Assembly (NCBI GenBank): GCA_004431415.1
Contig: QPMI01000496.1
Coordinates: 558,001 to 622,000 of the forward strand
Source of the DNA: Cyanophora paradoxa CCMP329
Lineage: Eukaryota > Plantae > Glaucophyta
Reading direction: 5' to 3'
Length of the DNA stretch: 64,000 nt
Of this stretch, positions 51,165 to 64,000 are shown in pieces. The stretch's first letter is position 1; every line of letters begins with the position of its first letter. Under the pieces are notes generated by a model. The model ran no database searches and had not been told where the DNA came from. It worked only from the letters and a program-made list of their open reading frames with translations. The position numbers and the translations under genes were made by a program.

Positions 51165-52399
51165 CCGCTGCAGGGTAATGCACACGGCGCTGGACGTCGA
51201 ACTCTACGTAAACGCGGCGGGAGCTGGACGCTGGGAGGTTTGAACGCCGGCGCTCGCTTATAATTAGTCGACGTCTGCAACGGCACGCGTACGGGACTCT
51301 GCTCTAGTTCTGGGCGCGCGTGCTCAAAGCCGCGTCAAGGTTAGGAGCTGTGTTATCGGGAAGCTTCGTGAGGAGGGGAAAGTGATGCCTCGGATGGCGG
51401 CTGCGGTTGTCTTGAGATGCTCGGCGCGCGGAGTGCTAGCTATAGCTAGCTAGCGCGCGCAGTTGCTGATGTGGCGGATAGGTCGTACCGGGTGCGAATG
51501 CTTCGACTGCGCGTCCGCGTGTGCGGCGCAGCGGCGGGCGGATGCGCGCACGAGCCTCCGACCGCCAGCGCGAGTCGCTCCCTTCAAACACGTAACCGCT
51601 GGCGGGGGGGTACTTTAGCGCGATTCAAATTTTTTAATGACCTGATTAAAAAGTTCCTATTCGCGAGCTGCTCTAATTATAGCAGCGGGCCGGGAAACTT
51701 GAGAATCAAAGCACGTGTCGATCACCCGCACGATGGGCCACATGTACATCAGGATCGGAATCATCGGTTATATCGATCAATTTCAGATCAAACTTGCATT
51801 TCAAATTTAGACACTTTTCGGGGAACTTCGGTCCGATATCGATTTCGCATATGCACATGCATACGCATACGGGGCGCCGGGCCCGCGGCGGCCCCGCGCG
51901 GCCGGGGGCCCGCGCGCCGCCGACGGGCCCGCCGCCGCGCCGCGCGCCGGCCGGGGCCCGGCCGGGGCGGCATGCGCACTGCCGCGGCAGGCTCCGGCAG
52001 CTGCAGCCTGCAGGCTGCGGCTGCAGCTGCAGCCTGCAGGCCCGCGGCCCTTTGACCGCGGGGGCCGGGGGCCGGGGCCGGCCCGCGGCCGCGGCACGCA
52101 CTGCGGCAACGTTAACCATCCCCCCCACCGGACCCCCTAGGACCTTATAAAGCTTAAAGCTTGCAATATTAATTGAGCTCGTGATTGATATCGCGATCGG
52201 AAGCCCGCGGGCCGCGCGCGCCGCCGTGCATCATGACCGCCGTGCTGATCATCGTGCGATCGGACCTTCGAATTCGAAATGCGAATTCGAACCATGATCA
52301 TGATAATATCGATAAGTGAAATTAACTGCAAGCAAGCCATACCTACCTACCGTAACCTATATACTCTGCAGATTCTAAGAAGAACGGCCCCCGTGACAG

Positions 52400-55300
52400 T
52401 CAGTGCCGCCCCCCCCGCCGCCCCCCAGATCTGCCGGCGTCCCGCTCGGCGCCGGACCCGTGGCCCGACGCCGACCCCGCCGGCGACTCGTGGCGGGGCG
52501 CATGCCCCGAGCCGTGGCCCGAGCCCCCCGCTCCCGACGACATGTGCTCGTGCCCCGCAGCCGGCTTCGACGCAGCGTTGCTGTGCCTGCTGCCGTGGCG
52601 GTCCAGACCCGCGCCAGCGCTCCGTTCCTTGCCGCTGCTGTGCTTGCTGTCGAGCCGGTGCATGCTGCCGTGCCTGCTGTCGTGCTGGTCCGACTCGCCG
52701 CCCTTCTCCTTGTTGCTGTGCTTGCTGTCGAGCCGGTGCATGACCCTGCTGCCGTGCCTGCTGTCGTGCCGGTCTGACTCCCCACCCTTCTCCTTGTTGC
52801 TGTGCTTGCTGTCGAGCCGGTGCATGACCCTGCTGCCGTGCCTGCTGTCGTGCTGGTCCGACTCGCCGCCCTTCTCCTTGTTGCTGTGCTTGCTGTCGAG
52901 CCGGTGCATCACCTTGCGGCTGCCGTGGCGCTCGAGGTCACCGCCCCTCTCGTTCGAGCTGTGGCGGCTCTCGTGCCTGCTCTCCTGTCGCACGCTGCCG
53001 TGCCGCGAGAGCCCCGCCTTGATCTTCTCCTTCTCCTTCTCGGCCGCCTCTTCCTGGAGCCTCAGCTGCTCCGCCCGCCGCGCCGCGACCGCCCGCGGGC
53101 CCTCCTCGCCCGCCACCACCGCCGCCGGGAGGCCCGCCACGATCGCCCAGATGGGCGCGTACCCCGCCCCGTCTCCGTCGCCCCCGGCGTCGCCGTCCGC
53201 CGGCGCGACGCGGGCCGCCAGCCGCGCCGCGAAGCCCCTCGCGTCCTCCTCCTCCTCCGCGGAGACCAGGGGTACCACCGTGTCCGGGTCCGGGATGGGT
53301 ACTGGGGCCGCGCCCGCCGTACTCGTACCCGGGTCCCGGGAGGGGGCGCGGCCCGTGCGGCCCCCGCCCTCGTCCCAGAAGACGGCGGCGGGCTGCCCCT
53401 CGGGCATCCCCCGCTCCGGCCGCATCTTCATCACGTGCAGGAAGGCCCGCACACGCACCACCCGCGCCCGCTGCGCCGCTCCGGTGAGACGAGAAGGGGG
53501 GGGGGGGGGGGGGGGGGGGGAGGAAAGAGGGTGCGGGTACCATGGCGTGGCCCCAGAGGAAGGACTGCACGACGGACGCGGCGACGGCGCGGTGCAGGAG
53601 CCCCGTACCCTCCCGCCGCGCCTCCCCCTCCCGCCCCGCCGCGCATCTGCCGGAGCGTGAGCGAAGGGAACGAGGGCGCCTCAGGGGGGGGGAAGGGGAA
53701 GGGGGGTACCGCTCGAGGTACGAGTCCCGCAGGGCGCGGGCGGCCGCGTGGTGCTCCCTCAGCCCCGCGTGCCGCCGCGTCGCGAGGCGCTCGAGCTGTT
53801 CGACGTACCCCCAGACCGCCGCGGTCAGCGCGAGGGCAAGGGGCCCGCGAACGAAAAGAGGCGCGCCTGGCGTCGGATGTGCGGAGGGAGCTCTACCCCC
53901 CGCGTCCGGTACACCTGCGGAAGCGCGGGGTTGAGAGCCGATCACGCGGGGGTACGCGGATCCGGCGGGGTTACGGGGCGCACGCGGCGGACGAGCGCGT
54001 TCAGCACGTCGGCGTAGTGGACGCGCGCGTTCGCCACGGGTACGCCCTGCGTCCGGGGGGTACCGCTTCAGCACCCAGGTGGAAGGGGGCTACGGCGTTT
54101 TCGGACACCTTGAGCTCTCGGCAGAGCTCGATGGCGGTGGGGAGGCGGTCCGGCGGGGGCCGGGCGCCCTTCCTCCGCCGCTCGGGGCGTGACGTCATCC
54201 CCAGCGAGGCCAGCAGGCGCCGTACCCCCCATCCCGCCTGCGCCCCCGCCGCTCAGGAGAAGTGTCGGGGGGCGGGGAGTCGAGGGGGTACACGCGCCGA
54301 GATGAACCCGGTGGCGCGGGGGTCCAGCCGCTCCCACGCCGCAGCGAAGCGCTGCAGCTCCGCCTCCTGCGGCGAATCGTTTGTATCCCTCCTCGACTCC
54401 TTCCCCCTAAAAAAAATTTAAATCCGCGTACCCGTATGAGGTACTCGTCGCGGGCGGCGATGCGCTCGAAAGAATCTCTCACGACGGCGACGAAGAGGTT
54501 GTTCCCTGGGAGGGGGGGGGAGGAGGGGGGGAAGAAGGGAGGGGGGTACGGGCTCGCTTCGGCGCCGGATGGGGGGGGGGGGGAACGGAGGGGACGGAGG
54601 GCGCCGCACCCAGGAAGTAGGTTAAGAAGAAGAAGGAGACGAAGAAGACGGGCGCCGCCACGAACGTCCCGCAGTCCTGCCGGCCCCCGGCGCTCAGCGG
54701 CGGGGCAGGGCGGGGGGCGGGGGGCGCGGGGCGCTCGCCTCGTAGGGGACGCCGGGCGTGCAGCCGCTCTCGGGCTGCCGCATGTAGTCCCACCTGAAGA
54801 AAGGGAGGGGCGGTGAGAGGAGGAGGAAGGGGGGGGAGGGGGGGGCCGAGGCTGACATGAGGGTGTCCCAGTTCTCGCCCGTGGTCATGCGGAAGAGGGA
54901 GACGAGGGCGCGCGGGAAGCGCTGGAAGTTGATGTCGCTCCGCGCCTGCCGAGTCCGAGTCCGAGGATTCAGAGGGGGCGGCGGCCGGGGCCGAGAGCGG
55001 CGGGGCGCGGAGGGGTGGTCGCACCGTGGTCGCCCCCTCGAGCATCACGTACTGGAACTGCGGGTTGGGGGGGAGGGAGGGGGGAGGGGCGGCCTCAGAG
55101 GGCCGGCGGGCGCGGGAGCCAGGCAGCGAGAGGGGGCGGCGCGCCTGCCAGACGCCGATGATGCCGTAGATGTAGATGACGAGGACGAGCAGGAGCCCGA
55201 TCGAGCCCAGCGCGGGGAGGCACTGGGGTCCCGCCGTGGGGTCAGGCCCTTGAGCCGGGGCGCGGACGGGCGGGAGGGAGGCAGGGGGGCTAGCGAGCTC

Positions 55301-58300
55301 TCGCTTCGGATGGAAAAAGAGAGAGAAAGGGAGAGAGGGGGGTACGGACGTCGAGGACGGTGACGAAGATGAGCTGGACGCCCTTGAAGAGCCGGGCGAG
55401 GCGCAGGATACGGATGACGCGCAGCAGCCGCAGGCCCCGCATGAAGTTGGGGCCTGCGGGGGGGTCAGAGGGGGTCAGAGGGGTGGGGAGCGGGCGAGGG
55501 CGGGCGCGGCACCGATGTTGGAGTTGAGGGCGGCGACGGCGAGGCCGAGGAGGCCGGCGAGCGTCGCCGCCCCGTCCAGCAGGTTCCACGCCGACGCCGC
55601 GTACAGCCGCGGCCCTGCGCGACGCCGCGGCGTGTCGGATCGGATCGGATCGCATCGGATGGACGCGAGGCCTAGCTCTAGATGGGGCGGGGCAAGACTG
55701 TTATCTTAAACTCGAGTTTTATGTGGTCGGGCGCCCGGATCGGATTTACGCGAGGTCTAGCTAGCGGGGGCTTCTTGAGTTTTTATATGGTCGGGCGCCC
55801 GGATGGGATGGACGCGAGGCCTAGGTCTCGGTCTAGCCAGGCCCGGACGGGGCGCGCGCGCGCACCGAGGCCGGCGAGCTTGACGGCCATCTCGGCGAGG
55901 AAGAGCACCGCGAAGAAGACGTTCACCTTCCTGCGGGGGGTTGGGAGGGGGGGGGTGGGGGGGGGTGGGGGAGGTGGGGGGGGGGGGGGGTGGAGTCGCA
56001 CTCCATGGCGGCGTCCGTCGAGGCCGGCCGCGGGTTCCGCTGCGGGGCGCGGGCGCGGGGCGTCAGCAGCCGACGCGGGAGGGGCCCGCCTCGATCGCCG
56101 CTCCCCTGTCTCCTATCTCGCAATGTCTTCTATCTTCTATTTTCTATCTGCTTTTTTAAGCCCCTCCTATTTTCTATCTCCTGTCTCCTATCTTTCGATG
56201 TCTTGTTTCACTTCTATCGTACCTGGGCGGCGAGGAGGACGACGTTGGCGAAGATGGCGGCCATCACCAGCGGGTCGAACCACGCGTGGTGCGCCTGCCC
56301 GAGGAGGAGGAGGAGAGTCAGGAGGGGCGGGGGGGAGGCGGGGAAGCGGGCGGGGGGAGGGGGCGCGCGATGTCCCAGCAGTAGCGGCGGACGGGGTTCG
56401 TGGGCGGCCGCAGCCGCGCCCGCAGCCGCCTGCTCACGCCTGCGCGCCCAACCTCAACCAGAAGAAAGTGAAGAAGAATCGAATAAGAGGCAACAAGGGC
56501 CGCGCGCACCGGTGGCGACGACGTCGCGGCACTCGCGCTGCGGCTTGGAGAGGAGCCCTGCGCAGCAAGGCTCAGCAAGGCTTCTCAGCACGGTTAGGGG
56601 GGCGTGAGAGCGGTGGGGCGAGCGCGCCGGTCTCGTCGGTGGCCTCCTCCTCGTCGGACTGGCGCGAGCGCTGGAAAAAGAAGACCAGCACGCCGATGAT
56701 CTGCGGCGGGGCCGGGCGGGGCGGGGGCGTCCGGCGTTCAGCGCCCGCCCCGCCCTCCCTCCGACGCCCTAACCGATCCCCAGCTAGCTACTCCATGCCC
56801 TCTTATCGCCCCCTTATCCCCGCGCTCTCTCTCTCGACCCTGCTCGCTCTCCCGCGCACCATGGCCATCCCCGTGTAGAGCCCGGCGTAGAGAAAGGCGT
56901 GGTAGAACCACGCGTAGTGCCACGACGCGTCGGGCCGGATCCCCTGCCGGGCGGGCGAGAGGGGGGCGGGCGGGAGGGGTCAGGGCGGCGGTCCGCTTCT
57001 CCTCGCTTCTTCTTCTCGGTTTACATACCTGGTCCACGCCGACGGTGGCCTGGGCCCAGTGCATGTACTGCCGCCCGGCCGCCCCGTCAGCCCCGCCCCT
57101 CGACGTCGCACGAGGGCGGGGGGCGCACGAGGTTCCACTGCTCGAGGGAGACGACCTCGAAGAGGTGCAGCATCCTGCGCCGCCCACGGAGTCGGCCTCG
57201 TCGTCGGCGTCGTTGTCGTAGGCGGGTGCCCGTAGCTAGCTAGGCCTGGGCCTGGGCCCCCCTCTACCTTCTTCTTCTTCTACCCCGCGCCCCTGCCCTG
57301 CCCCCGCCGGGGCCCCGTGCGCGCGCACGCCATGAGGAAGGTGTCGAGGTTCTGCCAGTAGAAGACGCGCCGCCACTCCCGCGCCCGCGCCACGCCCCGC
57401 CCGTCCGTGAACGACCCCACGCACTCCGACTGCGGGGGAGGCTCAGTGGCCGAAGCGGGGAGAAGGGCGGCCTGGCGCACGCGGAGGAGAACGGAGGGGT
57501 CGCTGCAGTGCCAGAGCTTGCCCCCCAGCAGCCGCACCCCTGCGCGAGGCAGGCGCGATGACGAGGAGCGAGGCAGGCGCGATGGCTTCGTTCCCACCGA
57601 TGATGGCGAAGGCGGAGAAGAGGAGCCAGTTGATGGCGATGACGCGGAGGAGGATGGGCCCTCCCCGCCGCGCCATCGCCAGCAGCGCCCGCATCGTCCG
57701 CAGCTAAGAGAGAGATCAGATCAGATCAGATCAGATCCGATCCGATCAGACCCGGAGGAGGAGGCGGAAGAGCATGAGGGAGCGGGCGGCGCGGATGGCG
57801 CGGAGCGTCTTGTTCTGCGGCAGCAGCCCGAAATCCGCCGCCACGCTGCGGGGAGAGGAGGGGCGCCCTCAGCAGGGGGCCCAAGGGGAGCAGCGGAGGG
57901 AGGAGAGAGGGAGGTGCAAGCAAGCGCCGAGCCCCTCCCGAGCCCCCCCTAGTTCCGGCGCCCCCCTAGCCCGCCCCGTCAGAGGGGGGGCGCAAGGGGG
58001 GCAGCGGAGGAGGGGGGAATCCCGTCGATCCCGGGTGCAGGCCCCTCCAGGCGCCTCCCGAGCCCATCCATCTAATTCCAGCCTCTCCCAGCCCTTCTAA
58101 CGCCGGCCCCTCCCGAGCCCGTCCTCCCGAGCATCTACCCTCCGCCCTACCCGAGCCCAACCATCTAGTTCCGGCGCCCCCCTAGCCCGTCCGTCTGATC
58201 TAATCCACCCGATTCGAGTCTCCATCCCCCCTTTTCTTCTCTTATCGGACCTGGCGAAGGAGGTGATGACGACGGCGGCGTCGAGGAGGTTGACGGGGTT

Positions 58301-61300
58301 CCGCAGGTACGAGCGCCGCCCCAGCACGAACCCCTTCGCCACCACCTTCACCACCATCTGCGGGGGGGCGGGGGCCGGGGGGAGGTGAGCGAGGCGCCCG
58401 GGGCGCGCGGGGAGATCGCCCTCGTCCCCCCCCCCCCCCCCGAGCGAGGCTCGCTCCCCCGGCCGCCTCCCCCCGGCAGCGGCCACCTCCCCCCCCCTCC
58501 CTTCCCTCGCTTGGGCCGGCGCACTAGGCCCGCTGCGGGGCGGGGCGGGGCGGGGCGGGGCGGGGCGGGGCGGCGGGGCGCGCCTCGAGGAGGAAGAAGA
58601 CGGCGAATCCGACGTTGAAGCGGTCGATCGCGACGTAGTGCCGGTCGGGGTACGTCGCCTCGAACGCCAGCAGCCCTGGGGCGAGGGGCGACGGGTGGGC
58701 GGGTGGGGCGGGAGGGGCGGGCAGGGAGGGCGAGAGGGAGGGCGGACCTGCGTTGATTACGATCTGCGGGGGCAAGGGGGCAAGCAAGCGAGGGCCGGGC
58801 GGGGTGAGGCGGGGCCCGCGGCGCAGGCGGGGCAGGCGAGGCCGGGGCCCAGGCGCGCGCACCGCGACCTGGACCGCCACCACGAAGTAGCGGTGGTGCA
58901 TGATCCTGCGGGGCGCGAGGGGCGTCGGCGGGAAGGAGGCGAGGCGAGAGGGAAGAGGGGCGGCGGGCGGGCGCGCCTGCGGGCGAGGGCGCGGGCTCTG
59001 TCTTCCTTCTCCCAGATGAAGCAGCTGCGCGAGTCCTCGCCGGTGAAGGGCCGCAGCGCGGGGAGCACCGCGCCCCGCCACCAGTCGGCGATCGCGGCGA
59101 GCCACGCCAGCCAGCGGCTGCGGCGCACGGCCAGGGCGATCCGCTGGGCCACGGGCCGCTGCTGCGCGGCGGCGAGCCCCGCGGCGAGCCCGGCCGCGCG
59201 CCAGCGGCCGGCGCCCCCGCGGGCGGTGAGGAGGCCCGTGCCGCGGGCGGTGAGGAGGCCCTTGCCGCCGGCGAGGGCGAGCGCGGCGCGCCGGGCGACC
59301 GCCGCGTCGTCGTCGGCGGCGGCGTCGGCGACGGCCGCGGAGGGCGCGAAGACGACAGAGGCGGCGCTGCCGCCCGCGGCGGAGGCGAAGGCGGCGCGGA
59401 TCGCGGCGCGCTCGGGCCCCGCCAGGCTGCTCTTCCGGCCGGCCGCCGCGTGGCCGGCGGGGCGGGGGCGGCGGCGGCGGGGGCGGGGCGCTGGAGTGGG
59501 GCGGGGAGGAGAGGACGTGCTTCAGGAGGGGGGAGGCCCCGAGGGGGGCGAGGCCGGCCCGAGGGGCGGCGGGCGCCGCATTGGGGGCGACTTGGAGCGG
59601 GACACCCCGGCGGCGGCGGCGCCCGGGGGGGCGCGGGAGGGGGGAGAGAGCGACCGCGAGGCGTGGCGGGGCGGCCTCGCGGCCGGGGCGGGGGCGGAGG
59701 CCGCGGGGGGTAGGGGCTCGGCGGGGGAGGGCGGCCCGGAGGGGGGTAGGAGCATCGCCTCGAGGCGGCGGGAGGCCTCGGTGAGGGGTACGGGGGGCGA
59801 CAGGCCCAGCATCGCGGAGAGGCGGCGGAACCCGTCCCCGTCCCCCGCGTCTCGCTCCCCCGGGGGGGTGAGGAACGTCGGGTCGCTGCCCGTACCCGTC
59901 CGGTCCGTGGAAGCCTGCGAGGGGGCCGCGCTGCCGTGCAGCATCCGGGAGCGCCGGGGGGGTACGGGGCCCGCCGGGGCCGCGTGCTCCCCCGCCAGGT
60001 CCAGGTCCAGGGCGCCCACGAGGCCGGCCCCCCGCTTCTCCTTCTCCCCCTCCCGCTCGGGGGGTACGACGTACTTGGCGGCGGCCCCGCCGGGCCGGGC
60101 GGGCGGGCCGGGGCCCGGGCCGGGGCCGGGGCCGGGGCCGGCGCGGCCGCCGGGATCTCCACGAGGGGTGCCACCTTCCCGCCGCCCCTGCGCCACCCGG
60201 GCCCGGGGCCAGGGCCTGCGCGGGCCCGCCGCGTAAGCCGGGGCCGAGGCCGCGCGCGGCTTCCTTCTTTCTTTGGGGCGTGGACGCCCGCGCACCGGCG
60301 GCCTTCTCGGCGGCGTCGAGGACGGCCGAGGGCGGCGCCGAGGGCTTCGACTCCTCGGAGACGGCCGCCGAGCCCTGCCGCGAAGCGGCCCGCGAGCCGC
60401 CCCGCGAGTCGCCCATGTCCATGTACCCCGCCTCGCTGACGGCCCCGCCGGCCCCCTCCGACCCGTGCGCCGAGGCGCCCCCTGCGGACGAGGCGCGGAG
60501 CAAGTGAGAGGAGGAGGAGGAGGAGGAGGAGACTCCGAAGAGCGGACCGAAGAGCTCGGCGGCGAGGGACTTGGAGTGGAGGGCGACCTCGAGGTTCGCG
60601 CAGACGTTCAGGATCACGATCGTCTGCCACATGCTGCGCGGGGGAGGTGGAGCGAGGGGGAGGGGGAGGGGGAGCGCGTGAGCCGCCCGGCCAGCAAGCC
60701 GCTGAGGGGCGGGGCGCACTTGAGCATGACGTAGAGGCCGATGACGATGACGAGGATGAAGTAGAGGGAGGCGGCGCCGCCCACCGCCCGCATCCCGTCT
60801 GCGCGCGCGGCGTCGAACAGGGCGGAGCAGGAGGAGAAGAAGATGGAGAAGAGGAGGGGAGCGGCGGGAAGGGGCGGGGCGGGGCGGGGCGGGGCGGGGC
60901 GGGGCGGGGCGGGGCGGGCGGGCGCTCGCAACCTAAAGCTCTAAAGCTTCTTCTAGTGGAGCGGTTCTCTTGTGCTCCGCGGCTAAGGCTTCTAGTGGGG
61001 CGGCAGTCTAGAGCCTCCAGCGGGGCGGGGCGGGGCGGGGCGGGGGCGCACCGAAGAGGACGTCGTTCCAGGCGTCGGCGGTCATCACCTGCAGCACCAC
61101 CTGCGCGCACGCAAGAGAAGAAGCCGGTCAGCTGAGCGGGGGCGGGGGCGGGGGCTCGCGGGGGCGGGCTCGCGGGCCTGGTAGGAGGCGAAGAGGGAGT
61201 GGAAGTTGTAGGGGCGGGGGGCCTCCGCCACGCCCGGCAGCCGCGACCACTCGCACGACGCCTCGAAGACGCAGCTCCCCGCGAAGATCTGAGAGCGGGA

Positions 61301-64000
61301 GGGGAAGAAGAGCAAGGCTCAGGGGGAATTGGAGCAAGCGGGCGGGCGGGCCAGCGGGCCCCCTTGGAGAGCCCGCTCCGCCCCGCCCCTCTAGCCCAGA
61401 GTGCCCGGGGCTGGAGGGCGGCGCAGAGCGGGCTCTTCCACTGCGTCCGAGCGCCCCGCCCCGCCCCCCGCCGCCCAGAGTTCCCGGGGCGCGGAGCCGG
61501 GGCACCTGGACTCCTAGGAGGGAGAAGACGAGGACGACGACGACGAAGATGGGGAGGAAGGAGGCCAGCGACGAGACGGCGCGCCCCAGGTTCTGCACCA
61601 GCACCCGGAACGTCCCCTGCGCAACGGAAGGCCAGCGGGCGGGCTCAGACTGATCTGATCGGATCTGATCCGATCCGATCTGATGTGATCGGGCCGGGCC
61701 GGGGCGCGCACGTCGGCGTCGGCGAGGGGCCGCAGGAGCGCGAGCACGCGGATCGCGTTCGCGAAGGGCCGCTCCGCCCCCCCCAGCAGCTGGCCCCGCG
61801 AGTGAGGCGGGGTAGAAGGAGGAGAAGGGGGGTACGAAGGGACCTCGGCGGCGCTCCAGGCGGTGGCGGCGAGCTCGAGCCAGTTCCAGCGGATGGAGAG
61901 GAAGCGCCCCGGTCCCAGCACCGCCAGCTCCAGCGCCGTCGCACCCCCGAACAGCGCCTGCCGGGGGGAGTGAGGGGTACCGGGGTGGAGCGCGGGGGGG
62001 AGAGAGATCGGGGGTACCACGAAGAAGGCGTAGATGCCGCGGTGGACGGAAAGCATGCGGGGGGAGAGGTCCACGTGCCAGGCTGGTACCCCCCAGGCCC
62101 TCAGAACGAGAAGGGGGGGGGGGTTCTCGGGGGGTACGGGGCACCGGCGAGCTGGACGTAGCTGCCGGCGTAGCAGAGGTAGAGGAACCAGCGGTACCCC
62201 CGCCGCGCGAAGGAGCGCAGCACCGCCCGGCGCGCCGCCGAGCCCTGCCACCTCTGCCGAAAGATCTTTCGTTCAGAGGGGAAAGGGGGGCACAAGATCT
62301 CGGCCCTGTTTCGGGCCCCGCTTGCTCGGACGGACCTTGGCGGCGCCGGAGGCCATGGAGGAGAACTGGTCGCTCTTCCCGCAGGTCGCCAGCGCGAGGA
62401 GGAGGCCCCAGAGGATGCCCAGCACCCGCCCGAAGACCTGCCCGCCCGTCAAGGGGGGAGGATAGGGGGGGGAGGGGGAGGGGGGTACGCGCCTTGCTGA
62501 GGACGCGGAGGGCGCGGGACTGGGACATGATCGAGCGGCCGCGGACCGCCAGCACCACCTGGCGCGCCGGGTCGGATGGGCGGGGCCGGGGGCGGGGGCG
62601 GGGGCGGAGCGGGGTACGGGCGCACAAGGCGGGCGCCGAGGGATCCGTGGCTCGCCTTCCGCTCGAACTCCTCCAGCTCCTCGTACTGGTTGGGGGGGGG
62701 GTGGGGGAGGTGTTGGACCGGGTACACTCGGCGGGTGCGCAGGGGGGGCGGGGGGGCACCTTGTTCATGGTCGCGGCCAGGAACATGTTAAGCACGACGT
62801 ACACCCCCAGGATTTGCCTGTGGGAAGGGAAGAACTTCGCGGGGGGTACAGGAAGGCACGCGGGGGGAGGGGGGGTAGGGCACATGAGGATGAAGTAGAA
62901 GTAGGGAACGAACTGGTTGACGGTGTGGCCCACCCAGAACATGTAGTCGCTCCACTGGGATTGCTGCGACGCTTCAGAATGGTGGGAGGGGGGTAGAGGG
63001 ACTAAGAGGAGTACCGTGAGGCACTGGAAGATGGTGAGGAAGGCGTTTTCGATCGTGTCGAAGCTGCGGGGTACGGGGTTCGAGGGGAGAGGAGGGACAC
63101 GGGGGTAAGGGGCCGGACCTGATGTATCCCCAGCCAGGGTTCTGAAAACGGACGCGAAGCGGGGAGCAAGGGATCAGGCGGGCCGGCAGGGGGCGGAGCA
63201 AAGGTACCCCGAACGCACCGAGTACCCAAGAACGGGGTGGACGTAGCGGGCGCAGTACGTACCCGTGTCGCAGAGGCGGCCGGCCCCCGTCGGGTTGCAC
63301 ACGTGGTTGGGGTACGCTGTGGAAGCGAAGAAGGACGCGGGCGTCAGTCCGTGGGCCGGGGTACGCTGAGAAAGGACGGGGAGGGGGTACGCGCACAGGC
63401 GGCGTCGGGGTCGGAGATCGAGAGGTCGCCGGTGAGGCCGTCGGCGCAGCGGTTTTGCAGGGACCCCTCGAAGAGCTGCAGGGGGGTACGTGCACACAGC
63501 TCAGCGAGGAGGCGGCGAAGGCCCGGTCCGGCAAGGCGCGAGCGGGCGGGCGGGCGGGCCGCGCCTGCATGCCGGCGATGCCGAAGACGACGTAGAAGAA
63601 GACCAGCTGCGGGGCGGGGCGGGGCGGGGCGGGGCGGGTCAGGCCGGGCGGGCGGTCGGCTGGAATGGAGGGGCGGGAGTGGCGGGGCGGGCCTGGATGC
63701 CGAGGTGGCCCATGATGGGCGCCGCTTGGGCCATGGCCACCATCAGCGTCTGCGCGGGGCGGGGCGGGGCGGGGCGGGGCGGCATCAGCGGGGATAGGTG
63801 GGGCCCGGGGGCGAGGGAGGCGGGGGCGCGTCCCGTCCCGTCCCTCGGAGCGAGCGGGGGGCGGGGGGCGGGGGCGGGGGCGGGGGGCGGGGGGCGGGGG
63901 GCGGACCTTGAGGGTGGGGAGGAGGTCCCGGAGGGCCCGGAAGACCCGCACGGTTCGGATCGACCCGAAGTTGCCGATCGCCGGCGAGAGGCCCAGGTAC
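52400..64000 (-). CDS. Four-domain voltage-gated cation (Cav/Nav-like) channel alpha subunit; 5' end beyond the window
   Basis: S4 segments IRTVRVFRALR (DI), IRVLALLRPL (DII), LRAIRAARSLMLFR (DIII), MRGLRLLRVIRILRLARLF (DIV). Pore loops FQCLT|QSQW, LQVMTADAW, FEVVSLEQW, FRMTTGENW. EF-hand-like AWERLDPRATGFI after DIV. Stop at 52400-52402. Confidence 0.9.
52635..52912 (-). repeat. 84/78-bp tandem coding repeat in the channel C-tail (MHRLDSKHSNKEKGGESDxHDSRHGSRV, about 3.3 copies)
   Basis: The motif tgcttgctgtcgagccggtgcat recurs at 52641, 52719, 52803 and 52887. Confidence 0.9.
58536..63900. repeat. Intronic (GGGGC)n and (GATCA/GATCC)n microsatellites in the channel gene
   Basis: (GGGGC)n at ~58536-58580, 60871-60920, 61021-61047, 63610-63637 and 63757-63782. 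GATC-based arrays at ~61647-61690, and also at 55637-55660 and 57714-57750. Confidence 0.85.

Noticed and set aside
52635-52912. Regularly spaced repeats resembling a CRISPR array
   Set aside because: The whole unit repeats with no unique spacers, the period is a multiple of three and coding, the context is eukaryotic, and there are no cas genes.
58348-61110. 920-aa ORF and other long Pro/Arg/Gly-rich ORFs (e.g. 18672-20273, 20264-21958, 52802-54421)
   Set aside because: These are stop-poor frames caused by extreme GC content; they run through introns or lie antisense to recognisable spliced genes.

Overview
Intron-rich, GC-rich eukaryotic (protist/algal-type) nuclear DNA in the standard genetic code. 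Introns are mostly 55-100 nt GT-AG (typical donor GTGCGC, branch-like CTGAC/CTAAC), with a notable number of GC-AG introns. The style is reminiscent of a glaucophyte such as Cyanophora, but that is an unverified impression. Manual splicing gives about ten genes: a TKL-type kinase (5' truncated); an LRR-TIR gene head-to-head with a large TIR(E>Q)-WW-WW-SPRY-SPRY-Kelch-MIB/HERC2-SPRY-MIB/HERC2 gene; a LURP-one/Tubby-C-like gene; a coiled-coil/Pro-Gln-rich gene; an IU-type nucleoside hydrolase; a frameshifted LRR paralogue; an intron-rich bacterial-type AMP nucleosidase; a very large TIR-TIR-transmembrane-coiled-coil-beta-propeller-like protein with a 3.8-kb internal tandem duplication; a membrane-anchored subtilisin; and a four-domain voltage-gated cation channel (5' truncated) with an unusual S/D/E/E filter. 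A tRNA-derived SINE with a 14-bp target-site duplication sits between the paired TIR genes. The best candidate for an undescribed system is the TIR-centred, innate-immunity-like neighbourhood, especially the 'inverted Toll-like' type II receptor built on a bacterial TIR-WD40 scaffold. All gene models are hand-spliced, so coordinates of weakly conserved exons are approximate.
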